This document shows, piece by piece, positions 13,488 through 28,000 of a DNA stretch of 64,000 bases. This DNA is from Auanema rhodensis (taxonomy: Eukaryota; Animalia; Nematoda). The position numbers were made by a program, and so were the translations under genes. The notes under the pieces are model-generated. The model was not told where the DNA came from. It did no database searches and saw nothing but the letters and a program-made list of their open reading frames with translations. The stretch covers positions 23,250,001-23,314,000 of the forward strand of contig OZ059894.1 of the NCBI GenBank assembly GCA_964057225.1. The letters are read 5' to 3'. Every line of letters starts with the position of its first letter. Positions within the stretch are counted from its first letter, which is position 1.

Positions 13488-16400
13488 TTTTTATTGATAT
13501 TGGTTCATGGTAACCATGACTTTGAAATTTAAGTGAACTTTAATTTATGCTAATTAAATTAACACGTGATGTGCACTTGGTATGTAACTCGCTTCACGTG
13601 AAAGATAAAGAGATGCGGTTTTCAACATTAGATTCCCCATGTCCATATTAGTCTAAAAACAAATTTTTATTGATATTGGTTCATGGTAACCATGACTTTG
13701 AAACTTACGTGAACTTTAATTTATGCTAATTAAATGTACACGTGATGTGCACTTGGTATGTAACTCGCTTCACTTGAAAGATAAAGAGATGCGGTTTTCA
13801 AAATTAGATTCCCCATGTCCATATTAGTCTAAAAACAAATTTTTATTGATATTGGTGCATGGTAACCATGACTTTGAAATTTACGTGAACTTTAATTTAT
13901 GCTAATTAAATGTACACGTGATGTGCACTTGGTATGTAACTCGCTTCACGTGAAAGATAAAGAGATGCGGTTTTCAAAATTAGATTCCCCATGTCCATAT
14001 TAGTCTAAAAACAAATTTTTATTGATATTGGTTCATGGTAACCATGACTTTGAAACTTACGTGAACTTTAATTTATGCTAATTAAATGTACACGTGATGT
14101 GCATTTGGTATGTAACTCGCTTCACGTGAAAGATAAAATGATGCGGTTTTCAAAATTAGATTTCCCATGTCCATATTAGTCTAAAAACAAATTTTTATTG
14201 ATATTGGTTCATGGTAACCATGACTTTGAAACTTACGTGAACTTTAATTTATGCTAATTAAATGTACACGTGATGTGCACTTGGTATGTAACTCGCTTCA
14301 CGTGAAAGATGAAGAGATGCGGTTTTCAAAATTAGATTCCCCATGTCCATATTAGTCTAAAAACAAATTTTTATTGATATTGGTTCATGGTAACCATGAC
14401 TTTGAAACTTACGTGAACTTTAATTTATGCTAATTAAATGTACACGTGATGTGCACTTGGTATGTAACTCGCTTCACGTGAAAGATAAAGAGATGCGGTT
14501 TTCAAAATTAGATTTCCCATGTCCATATTAGTCTAAAAACAAATTTTTATTGATATTGGTTCATGGTAACCATGACTTTGAAACTTACGTGAACTTTAAT
14601 TTATGCTAATTAAATGTACACGTGATGTGCACTTGGTATGTAACTCGCTTCACGTGAAAGATGAAGAGATGCGGTTTTCAAAATTAGATTCCCCATGTCC
14701 ATATTAGTCTAAAAACAAATTTTTATTGATATTGGTTCATGGTAACCATGACTTTGAAATTTACGTGAACTTTAATTTATGCTAATTAAATGTACACGTG
14801 ATGTGCACTTGGTATGTAACTCGCTTCACGTGAAAGATAAAGAGATGCGGTTTTCGAAATTAGATTCCCCATGTCCATATTAGACTAAAAACAAATTTTT
14901 ATTGATATTGGTTCATGGTAACCATGACTTTGAAATTTAAGTGAACTTTAATTTATGCTAATTAAATGTACACGTGATGTGCACTTGGTATGTAACTCGC
15001 TTCACGTGAAAGATAAAGAGATGCGGTTTTCGAGATTAGATTCCCCATGTCCATATTAGACTAAAAACAAATTTTTATTGATATTGGTTCATGGTAACCA
15101 TGACTTTGAAATTTAAGTGAACTTTAATTTATGCTAATTAAATGTACACGTGATGTGCACTTGGTATGTAACTCGCTTCACGTGAAAGATAAAGAAATGC
15201 GGTTTTCATAATTAGATTCCCCATGTCCATATTAGTCTAAAAACAAATTTTTATTGATATTGGTTCATGGTAACCATGACTTTGAAACTTACGTGAACTT
15301 TAATTTATGCTAATTAAATGTACACGTGATGTGCACTTGGTATGTAACTCGCCTCACTAGAAAGATAAAGAGATGCGGTTTTCAAAATTAGATTCCCCAT
15401 GTCCATATTAGTCTAAAAACAAATTTTTATTGATATTGGTGCATGGTAACCATGACTTTGAAATTTACGTGAACTTTAATTTATGCTAATTAAATGTACA
15501 CGTGATGTGCACTTGGTATGTAACTCGCTTCACGTGAAAGATAAAGAGATGCGGTTTTCAAAATTAGATTCCCCATGTCCATATTAGTCTAAAAACAAAT
15601 TTTTATTGATATTGGTTCATGGTAACCATGTCTGTGAAATTTACGTGAACTTTAATTTATGCTAATTAAATGTACACGTGATGTGCACTTGGTATGTAAC
15701 TCGCTTCACGTGAAAGATAAAGAGATGCGGTTTTCAAAATTAGATTCCCCATGTCCATATTAGTCTAAAAACAAATTTTTATTGATATTGGTGCATGGTA
15801 ACCATGACTTTGAAATTTACGTGAACTTTAATTTATGCTAATTAAATGTACACGTGATGTGCACTTGGTATGTAACTCGCTTCACGTGAAAGATAAAGAG
15901 ATGCGGTTTTCAAAATTAGATTCCCCATGTCCATATTAGTCTAAAAACAAATTTTTATTGATATTGGTGCATGGTAACCATGACTTTGAAATTTACGTGA
16001 ACTTTAATTTATGCTAATTAAATGTACACGTGATGTGCACTTGGTATGTAACTCGCTTCACGTGAAAGATAAAGAGATGCGGTTTTCAAAATTAGATTCC
16101 CCATGTCCATATTAGTCTAAAAACAAATTTTTATTGATATTGGTTCATGGTAACCATGTCTGTGAAATTTACGTGAACTTTAATTTATGCTAATTAAATG
16201 TACACGTGATGTGCACTTGGTATGTAACTCGCTTCACGTGAAAGATAAAGAGATGCGGTTTTCAAAATTAGATTCTTCATGTCCATATTAGTCTAAAAAC
16301 AAATTTTTATTGATATTGGTTCATGGTAACCATGACTTTGAAATTTAAGTGAACTTTAATTTATGCTAATTAAATGTACACGTGATGTGCACTTGGTATG

Positions 16401-19400
16401 TAACTCGCTTCACGTGAAAGATAAAGAGATGCGGTTTTCGAGATTAGATTCCCCATGTCAATATTAGACTAAAAACAAATTTTTATTGATATTGGTTCAT
16501 GGTAACCATGACTTTGAAATTTAAGTGAACTTTAATTTATGCTAATTAAATGTACACGTGATGTGCACTTGGTATGTAACTCGCTTCACGTGAAAGATAA
16601 AGAAATGCGGTTTTCATAATTAGATTCCCCATGTCCATATTAGTCTAAAAACAAATTTTTATTGATATTGGTTCATGGTAACCATGACTTTGAAACTTAC
16701 GTGAACTTTAATTTATGCTAATTAAATGTACACGTGATGTGCACTTGGTATGTAACTCGCCTCACTAGAAAGATAAAGAGATGCGGTTTTCAAAATTAGA
16801 TTCCCCATGTCCATATTAGTCTAAAAACAAATTTTTATTGATATTGGTGCATGGTAACCATGACTTTGAAATTTACGTGAACTTTAATTTATGCTAATTA
16901 AATGTACACGTGATGTGCACTTGGTATGTAACTCGCTTCACGTGAAAGATAAAGAGATGCGGTTTTCAAAATTAGATTCCCCATGTCCATATTAGTCTAA
17001 AAACAAATTTTTATTGATATTGGTTCATGGTAACCATGTCTGTGAAATTTACGTGAACTTTAATTTATGCTAATTAAATGTACACGTGATGTGCACTTGG
17101 TATGTAACTCGCTTCACGTGAAAGATAAAGAGATGCGGTTTTCAAAATTAGATTCTTCATGTCCATATTAGTCTAAAAACAAATTTTTATTGATATTGGT
17201 TCATGGTAACCATGTCTGTGAAATTTACGTGAACTTTAATTTATGCTAATTAAATGTACACGTGATGTGCACTTGGTATGTAACTCGCTTCACGTGAAAG
17301 ATAAAGAGATGCGGTTTTCAAAATTAGATTCTTCATGTCCATATTAGTCTAAAAACAAATTTTTATTGATATTGGTGCATGGTAACCATGACTTTGAAAT
17401 TTACGTGAACTTTAATTTATGCTAATTAAATGTACACGTGATGTGCACTTGGTATGTAACTCGCTTTACGTGAAAGATAAAGAGATGCGGTTTTCAAAAT
17501 TAGATTTCCCATGTCCATATTAGTCTAAAAACAAATTTTTATTGATATTGGTTCATGGTAACCATGACTTTGAAATTTACGTGAACTTTAATTTATGCTA
17601 ATTAAATGTACACGTGATGTGCACTTGGTATGTAACTCGCTTCACGTGAAAGATAAAGAGATGCGGTTTTCAAAATTAGATTTCCCATGTCCATATTAGT
17701 CTAAAAACAAATTTTTATTGATATTGGTTCATGGTAACCATGACTTTGAAATTTACGTGAACTTTAATTTATGCTAATTAAATGTAAACGTGATGTGCAC
17801 TTGGTATGTAACTCGCTTCACGTGAAAGATAAAGAGATGAGGTTTTCAAAATTAGATTCCCCATGTCCATATTAGTCTAAAAACAAATTTTTATTGATAT
17901 TGGTTCATGGTAACCATGACTTTGAAATTTAAGTGAACTTTAATTTATGCTAATTAAATGTACACGTGATGTGCACTTGGTATGTAACTCGCTTCACGTG
18001 AAAGATAAAAAGATACGGTTTTCAAAATTAGATTCCACATGTCCATATTAGTCTAAAAACAAATTTTTATTGATATTGGTTCATGGTAACCATGACTTTG
18101 AAATTTAAGTGAACTTTAATTTATGCTAATTAAATGTACACGTGATGTGCACTTGGTATGTAACTCGCTTCACGTGGAAGATAAAGAGATGCGGTTTTCA
18201 AAATTAGATTCCCCATGTCCATATTAGTCTAAAAACAAATTTTTATTGATATTGGTTCATGGTAACCATGACTTTGAAATTTACGTGAACTTTAATTTAT
18301 GCTAATTAAATGTACACGTGATGTGCACTTGGTATGTAACTCGCTTCACGTGAAAGATAAAGAGATGCGGTTTTTGAAATTAGATTCCCCATGTCCATAT
18401 TAGACTAAAAACAAATTTTTATTGATATTGGTTCATGGTAACCATGACTTTGAAATTTAAGTGAACTTTAATTTATGCTAATTAAATGTACACGTGATGT
18501 GCACTTGGTATGTAACTCGCTTTACGTGAAAGATAAAGAGATGCGGTTTTCAAAATTAGATTTCTCATGTCCATATTAGTCTAAAAACAAATTTTTATTG
18601 ATATTGGTTCATGGTAACCATGTCTGTGAAATTTACGTGAACTTTAATTTATGCTAATTAAATGTACACGTGATGTGCACTTGGTATGTAACTCGCTTCA
18701 CGTGAAAGATAAAGAGATGCGGTTTTCAAAATTAGATTCTTCATGTCCATATTAGTCTAAAAACAAATTTTTATTGATATTGGTGCATGGTAACCATGAC
18801 TTTGAAATTTACGTGAACTTTAATTTATGCTAATTAAATGTACACGTGATGTGCACTTGGTATGTAACTCGCTTTACGTGAAAGATAAAGAGATGCGGTT
18901 TTCAAAATTAGATTTCCCATGTCCATATTAGTCTAAAAACAAATTTTTATTGATATTGGTTCATGGTAACCATGACTTTGAAATTTACGTGAACTTTAAT
19001 TTATGCTAATTAAATGTACACGTGATGTGCACTTGGTATGTAACTCGCTTCACGTGAAAGATAAAGAGATGCGGTTTTCAAAATTAGATTTCCCATGTCC
19101 ATATTAGTCTAAAAACAAATTTTTATTGATATTGGTTCATGGTAACCATGACTTTGAAATTTACGTGAACTTTAATTTATGCTAATTAAATGTAAACGTG
19201 ATGTGCACTTGGTATGTAACTCGCTTCACGTGAAAGATAAAGAGATGAGGTTTTCAAAATTAGATTCCCCATGTCCATATTAGTCTAAAAACAAATTTTT
19301 ATTGATATTGGTTCATGGTAACCATGACTTTGAAATTTAAGTGAACTTTAATTTATGCTAATTAAATGTACACGTGATGTGCACTTGGTATGTAACTCGC

Positions 19401-22400
19401 TTCACGTGAAAGATAAAAAGATACGGTTTTCAAAATTAGATTCCACATGTCCATATTAGTCTAAAAACAAATTTTTATTGATATTGGTTCATGGTAACCA
19501 TGACTTTGAAATTTAAGTGAACTTTAATTTATGCTAATTAAATGTACACGTGATGTGCACTTGGTATGTAACTCGCTTCACGTGAAAGATAAAGAGATGC
19601 GGTTTTCAAAATTAGATTCCCCATGTCAATATTAGACTAAAAACAAATTTTTATTGATATTGGTTCATGGTAACCATGACTTTGAAATTTAAGTGAACTT
19701 TAATTTATGCTAATTAAATGTACACGTGATGTGCACTTGGTATGTAACTCGCTTCACGTGAAAGATAAAGAAATGCGGTTTTCATAATTAGATTCCCCAT
19801 GTCCATATTAGTCTAAAAACAAATTTTTATTGATATTGGTTCATGGTAACCATGACTTTGAAACTTACGTGAACTTTAATTTATGCTAATTAAATGTACA
19901 CGTGATGTGCACTTGGTATGTAACTCGCCTCACTAGAAAGATAAAGAGATGCGGTTTTCAAAATTAGATTCCCCATGTCCATATTAGTCTAAAAACAAAT
20001 TTTTATTGATATTGGTGCATGGTAACCATGACTTTGAAATTTACGTGAACTTTAATTTATGCTAATTAAATGTACACGTGATGTGCACTTGGTATGTAAC
20101 TCGCTTCACGTGAAAGATAAAGAGATGCGGTTTTCAAAATTAGATTCCCCATGTCCATATTAGTCTAAAAACAAATTTTTATTGATATTGGTTCATGGTA
20201 ACCATGTCTGTGAAATTTACGTGAACTTTAATTTATGCTAATTAAATGTACACGTGATGTGCACTTGGTATGTAACTCGCTTCACGTGAAAGATAAAGAG
20301 ATGCGGTTTTCAAAATTAGATTCTTCATGTCCATATTAGTCTAAAAACAAATTTTTATTGATATTGGTTCATGGTAACCATGTCTGTGAAATTTACGTGA
20401 ACTTTAATTTATGCTAATTAAATGTACACGTGATGTGCACTTGGTATGTAACTCGCTTCACGTGAAAGATAAAGAGATGCGGTTTTCAAAATTAGATTCT
20501 TCATGTCCATATTAGTCTAAAAACAAATTTTTATTGATATTGGTGCATGGTAACCATGACTTTGAAATTTACGTGAACTTTAATTTATGCTAATTAAATG
20601 TACACGTGATGTGCACTTGGTATGTAACTCGCTTTACGTGAAAGATAAAGAGATGCGGTTTTCAAAATTAGATTTCCCATGTCCATATTAGTCTAAAAAC
20701 AAATTTTTATTGATATTGGTTCATGGTAACCATGACTTTGAAATTTACGTGAACTTTAATTTATGCTAATTAAATGTACACGTGATGTGCACTTGGTATG
20801 TAACTCGCTTCACGTGAAAGATAAAGAGATGCGGTTTTCAAAATTAGATTTCCCATGTCCATATTAGTCTAAAAACAAATTTTTATTGATATTGGTTCAT
20901 GGTAACCATGACTTTGAAATTTACGTGAACTTTAATTTATGCTAATTAAATGTAAACGTGATGTGCACTTGGTATGTAACTCGCTTCACGTGAAAGATAA
21001 AGAGATGAGGTTTTCAAAATTAGATTCCCCATGTCCATATTAGTCTAAAAACAAATTTTTATTGATATTGGTTCATGGTAACCATGACTTTGAAATTTAA
21101 GTGAACTTTAATTTATGCTAATTAAATGTACACGTGATGTGCACTTGGTATGTAACTCGCTTCACGTGAAAGATAAAAAGATACGGTTTTCAAAATTAGA
21201 TTCCACATGTCCATATTAGTCTAAAAACAAATTTTTATTGATATTGGTTCATGGTAACCATGACTTTGAAATTTAAGTGAACTTTAATTTATGCTAATTA
21301 AATGTACACGTGATGTGCACTTGGTATGTAACTCGCTTCACGTGGAAGATAAAGAGATGCGGTTTTCAAAATTAGATTCCCCATGTCCATATTAGTCTAA
21401 AAACAAATTTTTATTGATATTGGTTCATGGTAACCATGACTTTGAAATTTACGTGAACTTTAATTTATGCTAATTAAATGTACACGTGATGTGCACTTGG
21501 TATGTAACTCGCTTCACGTGAAAGATAAAGAGATGCGGTTTTTGAAATTAGATTCCCCATGTCCATATTAGACTAAAAACAAATTTTTATTGATATTGGT
21601 TCATGGTAACCATGACTTTGAAATTTAAGTGAACTTTAATTTATGCTAATTAAATGTACACGTGATGTGCACTTGGTATGTAACTCGCTTCACGTGAAAG
21701 ATAAAGAAATGCGGTTTTCATAATTAGATTCCCCATGTCCATATTAGTCTAAAAACAAATTTTTATTGATATTGGTTCATGGTAACCATGACTTTGAAAC
21801 TTACGTGAACTTTAATTTATGCTAATTAAATGTACACGTGATGTGCACTTGGTATGTAACTCGCCTCACTAGAAAGATAAAGAGATGCGGTTTTCAAAAT
21901 TAGATTCCCCATGTCCATATTAGTCTAAAAACAAATTTTTATTGATATTGGTGCATGGTAACCATGACTTTGAAATTTACGTGAACTTTAATTTATGCTA
22001 ATTAAATGTACACGTGATGTGCACTTGGTATGTAACTCGCTTCACGTGAAAGATAAAGAGATGCGGTTTTCAAAATTAGATTCCCCATGTCCATATTAGT
22101 CTAAAAACAAATTTTTATTGATATTGGTTAATGGTAACCATGTCTGTGAAATTTACGTGAACTTTAATTTATGCTAATTAAATGTACACGTGATGTGCAC
22201 TTGGTATGTAACTCGCTTCACGTGAAAGATAAAGAGATGCGGTTTTCAAAATTAGATTCTTCATGTCCATATTAGTCTAAAAACAAATTTTTATTGATAT
22301 TGGTGCATGGTAACCATGACTTTGAAATTTACGTGAACTTTAATTTATGCTAATTAAATGTACACGTGATGTGCACTTGGTATGTAACTCGCTTTACGTG

Positions 22401-22539
22401 AAAGATAAAGAGATGCGGTTTTCAAAATTAGATTTCCCATGTCCATATTAGTCTAAAAACAAATTTTTATTGATATTGGTTCATGGTAACCATGACTTTG
22501 AAATTTACGTGAACTTTAATTTATACTAATTAAATGTAA

Positions 22540-25040
22540 ACGTGATGTGCACTTGGTATGTAACTCGCTTCACGTGAAAGATAAAGAGATGCGGTTTTCA
22601 AAATTAGATTCCCCATGTCCATATTAGTCTAAAAACAAATTTTTATTGATATTGGTTCATGGTAACCATGACTTTGAAATTTAAGTGAACTTTAATTTAT
22701 GCTAATTAAATTAACACGTGATGTGCACTTGGTATGTAACTCGCTTCACGTGAAAGATAAAGAGATGCGGTTTTCAACATTAGATTCCCCATGTCCATAT
22801 TAGTCTAAAAACAAATTTTTATTGATATTGGTTCATGGTAACCATGACTTTGAAACTTACGTGAACTTTAATTTATGCTAATTAAATGTACACGTGATGT
22901 GCACTTGGTATGTAACTCGCTTCACTTGAAAGATAAAGAGATGCGGTTTTCAAAATTAGATTCCCCATGTCCATATTAGTCTAAAAACAAATTTTTATTG
23001 ATATTGGTGCATGGTAACCATGACTTTGAAATTTACGTGAACTTTAATTTATGCTAATTAAATGTACACGTGATGTGCACTTGGTATGTAACTCGCTTCA
23101 CGTGAAAGATAAAGAGATGCGGTTTTCAAAATTAGATTCCCCATGTCCATATTAGTCTAAAAACAAATTTTTATTGATATTGGGTCATGGTAACCATGAC
23201 TTTGAAACTTACGTGAACTTTAATTTATGCTAATTAAATGTACACGTGATGTGCACTTGGTATGTAACTCGCTTCACGTGAAAGATAAAGAGATGCGGTT
23301 TTCAAAATTAGATTCCCCATGTCCATATTAGCCTAAAAACAAATTTTTATTGATATTGGTTCATGGTAACCATGACTTTGAAATTTACGTGAACTTTAAT
23401 TTATGCTAATTAAATGTACACGTGATGTGCACTTGGTATGTAACTCGCTTCACGTGAAAGATAAAGAGATGCGGTTTTCGAAATTAGATTCCCCATGTCC
23501 ATATTAGACTAAAAACAAATTTTTATTGATATTGGTGCATGGTAACCATGACTTTGAAATTTACGTGAACTTTAATTTATGCTAATTAAATGTACACGTG
23601 ATGTGCACTTGGTATGTAACTCGCTTCACGTGAAAGATAAAGAGATGCGGTTTTCAAAATTAGATTTCCCATGTCCATATTAGTCTAAAAACAAATTTTT
23701 ATTGATATTGGTTCATGGTAACCATGACTTTGAAACTTACGTGAACTTTAATTTATGCTAATTAAATGTACACGTGATGTGCACTTGGTATGTAACTCGC
23801 TTCACGTGAAAGATAAAGAGATGCGGTTTTCAAAATTAGATTCCCCATGTCCATATTAGTCTAAAAACAAATTTTTATTGATATTGGTTCATGGTAACCA
23901 TGACTTTGAAATTTAAGTGAACTTTAATTTATGCTAATTAAATTAACACGTGATGTGCACTTGGTATGTAACTCGCTTCACGTGAAAGATAAAGAGATGC
24001 GGTTTTCAACATTAGATTCCCCATGTCCATATTAGTCTAAAAACAAATTTTTATTGATATTGGTTCATGGTAACCATGACTTTGAAACTTACGTGAACTT
24101 TAATTTATGCTAATTAAATGTACACGTGATGTGCACTTGGTATGTAACTCGCTTCACTTGAAAGATAAAGAGATGCGGTTTTCAAAATTAGATTCCCCAT
24201 GTCCATATTAGTCTAAAAACAAATTTTTATTGATATTGGTGCATGGTAACCATGACTTTGAAATTTACGTGAACTTTAATTTATGCTAATTAAATGTACA
24301 CGTGATGTGCACTTGGTATGTAACTCGCTTCACGTGAAAGATAAAGAGATGCGGTTTTCAAAATTAGATTCCCCATGTCCATATTAGTCTAAAAACAAAT
24401 TTTTATTGATATTGGGTCATGGTAACCATGACTTTGAAACTTACGTGAACTTTAATTTATGCTAATTAAATGTACACGTGATGTGCACTTGGTATGTAAC
24501 TCGCTTCACGTGAAAGATAAAGAGATGCGGTTTTCAAAATTAGATTCCCCATGTCCATATTAGCCTAAAAACAAATTTTTATTGATATTGGTTCATGGTA
24601 ACCATGACTTTGAAATTTACGTGAACTTTAATTTATGCTAATTAAATGTACACGTGATGTGCACTTGGTATGTAACTCGCTTCACGTGAAAGATAAAGAG
24701 ATGCGGTTTTCGAAATTAGATTCCCCATGTCCATATTAGACTAAAAACAAATTTTTATTGATATTGGTGCATGGTAACCATGACTTTGAAATTTACGTGA
24801 ACTTTAATTTATGCTAATTAAATGTACACGTGATGTGCACTTGGTATGTAACTCGCTTCACGTGAAAGATAAAGAGATGCGGTTTTCAAAATTAGATTTC
24901 CCATGTCCATATTAGTCTAAAAACAAATTTTTATTGATATTGGTTCATGGTAACCATGACTTTGAAACTTACGTGAACTTTAATTTATGCTAATTAAATG
25001 TACACGTGATGTGCACTTGGTATGTAACTCGCTTCACGTG
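22540..25040. repeat. Tandem duplication of a 7-monomer block (period 1232 bp)
   Basis: GGGTCATGG at 23182 and 24414; TTAACACG monomers at 22703 and 23935; GCCTAAAA at 23331 and 24563. Confidence 0.8.
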
Positions 25041-28000
25041 AAAGATGAAGAGATGCGGTTTTCAAAATTAGATTCCCCATGTCCATATTAGTCTAAAAAC
25101 AAATTTTTATTGATATTGGTTCATGGTAACCATGACTTTGAAATTTACGTGAACTTTAATTTATGCTAATTAAATGTACACGTGATGTGCACTTGGTATG
25201 TAACTCGCTTCACGTGAAAGATAAAGAGATGCGGTTTTCGAAATTAGATTCCCCATGTCCATATTAGACTAAAAACAAATTTTTATTGATATTGGTTCAT
25301 GGTAACCATGACTTTGAAATTTAAGTGAACTTTAATTTATGCTAATTAAATGTACACGTGATGTGCACTTGGTATGTAACTCGCTTCACGTGAAAGATAA
25401 AGAGATGCGGTTTTCGAGATTAGATTCCCCATGTCCATATTAGACTAAAAACAAATTTTTATTGATATTGGTTCATGGTAACCATGACTTTGAAATTTAA
25501 GTGAACTTTAATTTATGCTAATTAAATGTACACGTGATGTGCACTTGGTATGTAACTCGCTTCACGTGAAAGATAAAGAAATGCGGTTTTCATAATTAGA
25601 TTCCCCATGTCCATATTAGTCTAAAAACAAATTTTTATTGATATTGGTTCATGGTAACCATGACTTTGAAACTTACGTGAACTTTAATTTATGCTAATTA
25701 AATGTACACGTGATGTGCACTTGGTATGTAACTCGCCTCACTAGAAAGATAAAGAGATGCGGTTTTCAAAATTAGATTCCCCATGTCCATATTAGTCTAA
25801 AAACAAATTTTTATTGATATTGGTGCATGGTAACCATGACTTTGAAATTTACGTGAACTTTAATTTATGCTAATTAAATGTACACGTGATGTGCACTTGG
25901 TATGTAACTCGCTTCACGTGAAAGATAAAGAGATGCGGTTTTCAAAATTAGATTCCCCATGTCCATATTAGTCTAAAAACAAATTTTTATTGATATTGGT
26001 TCATGGTAACCATGTCTGTGAAATTTACGTGAACTTTAATTTATGCTAATTAAATGTACACGTGATGTGCACTTGGTATGTAACTCGCTTCACGTGAAAG
26101 ATAAAGAGATGCGGTTTTCAAAATTAGATTCTTCATGTCCATATTAGTCTAAAAACAAATTTTTATTGATATTGGTTCATGGTAACCATGTCTGTGAAAT
26201 TTACGTGAACTTTAATTTATGCTAATTAAATGTACACGTGATGTGCACTTGGTATGTAACTCGCTTCACGTGAAAGATAAAGAGATGCGGTTTTCAAAAT
26301 TAGATTCTTCATGTCCATATTAGTCTAAAAACAAATTTTTATTGATATTGGTGCATGGTAACCATGACTTTGAAATTTACGTGAACTTTAATTTATGCTA
26401 ATTAAATGTACACGTGATGTGCACTTGGTATGTAACTCGCTTTACGTGAAAGATAAAGAGATGCGGTTTTCAAAATTAGATTTCCCATGTCCATATTAGT
26501 CTAAAAACAAATTTTTATTGATATTGGTTCATGGTAACCATGACTTTGAAATTTACGTGAACTTTAATTTATGCTAATTAAATGTACACGTGATGTGCAC
26601 TTGGTATGTAACTCGCTTCACGTGAAAGATAAAGAGATGCGGTTTTCAAAATTAGATTTCCCATGTCCATATTAGTCTAAAAACAAATTTTTATTGATAT
26701 TGGTTCATGGTAACCATGACTTTGAAATTTACGTGAACTTTAATTTATGCTAATTAAATGTAAACGTGATGTGCACTTGGTATGTAACTCGCTTCACGTG
26801 AAAGATAAAGAGATGAGGTTTTCAAAATTAGATTCCCCATGTCCATATTAGTCTAAAAACAAATTTTTATTGATATTGGTTCATGGTAACCATGACTTTG
26901 AAATTTAAGTGAACTTTAATTTATGCTAATTAAATTAACACGTGATGTGCACTTGGTATGTAACTCGCTTCACGTGAAAGATAAAGAGATGCGGTTTTCA
27001 ACATTAGATTCCCCATGTCCATATTAGTCTAAAAACAAATTTTTATTGATATTGGTTCATGGTAACCATGACTTTGAAATTTACGTGAACTTTAATTTAT
27101 GCTAATTAAATGTAAACGTGATGTGCACTTGGTATGTAACTCGCTTCACGTGAAAGATAAAGAGATGAGGTTTTCAAAATTAGATTCCCCATGTCCATAT
27201 TAGTCTAAAAACAAATTTTTATTGATATTGGTTCATGGTAACCATGACTTTGAAATTTAAGTGAACTTTAATTTATGCTAATTAAATTAACACGTGATGT
27301 GCACTTGGTATGTAACTCGCTTCACGTGAAAGATAAAGAGATGCGGTTTTCAACATTAGATTCCCCATGTCCATATTAGTCTAAAAACAAATTTTTATTG
27401 ATATTGGTTCATGGTAACCATGACTTTGAAACTTACGTGAACTTTAATTTATGCTAATTAAATGTACACGTGATGTGCACTTGGTATGTAACTCGCTTCA
27501 CTTGAAAGATAAAGAGATGCGGTTTTCAAAATTAGATTCCCCATGTCCATATTAGTCTAAAAACAAATTTTTATTGATATTGGTGCATGGTAACCATGAC
27601 TTTGAAATTTACGTGAACTTTAATTTATGCTAATTAAATGTACACGTGATGTGCACTTGGTATGTAACTCGCTTCACGTGAAAGATAAAGAGATGCGGTT
27701 TTCAAAATTAGATTCCCCATGTCCATATTAGTCTAAAAACAAATTTTTATTGATATTGGTTCATGGTAACCATGACTTTGAAACTTACGTGAACTTTAAT
27801 TTATGCTAATTAAATGTACACGTGATGTGCACTTGGTATGTAACTCGCTTCACGTGAAAGATAAAGAGATGCGGTTTTCAAAATTAGATTCCCCATGTCC
27901 ATATTAGCCTAAAAACAAATTTTTATTGATATTGGTTCATGGTAACCATGACTTTGAAATTTACGTGAACTTTAATTTATGCTAATTAAATGTACACGTG

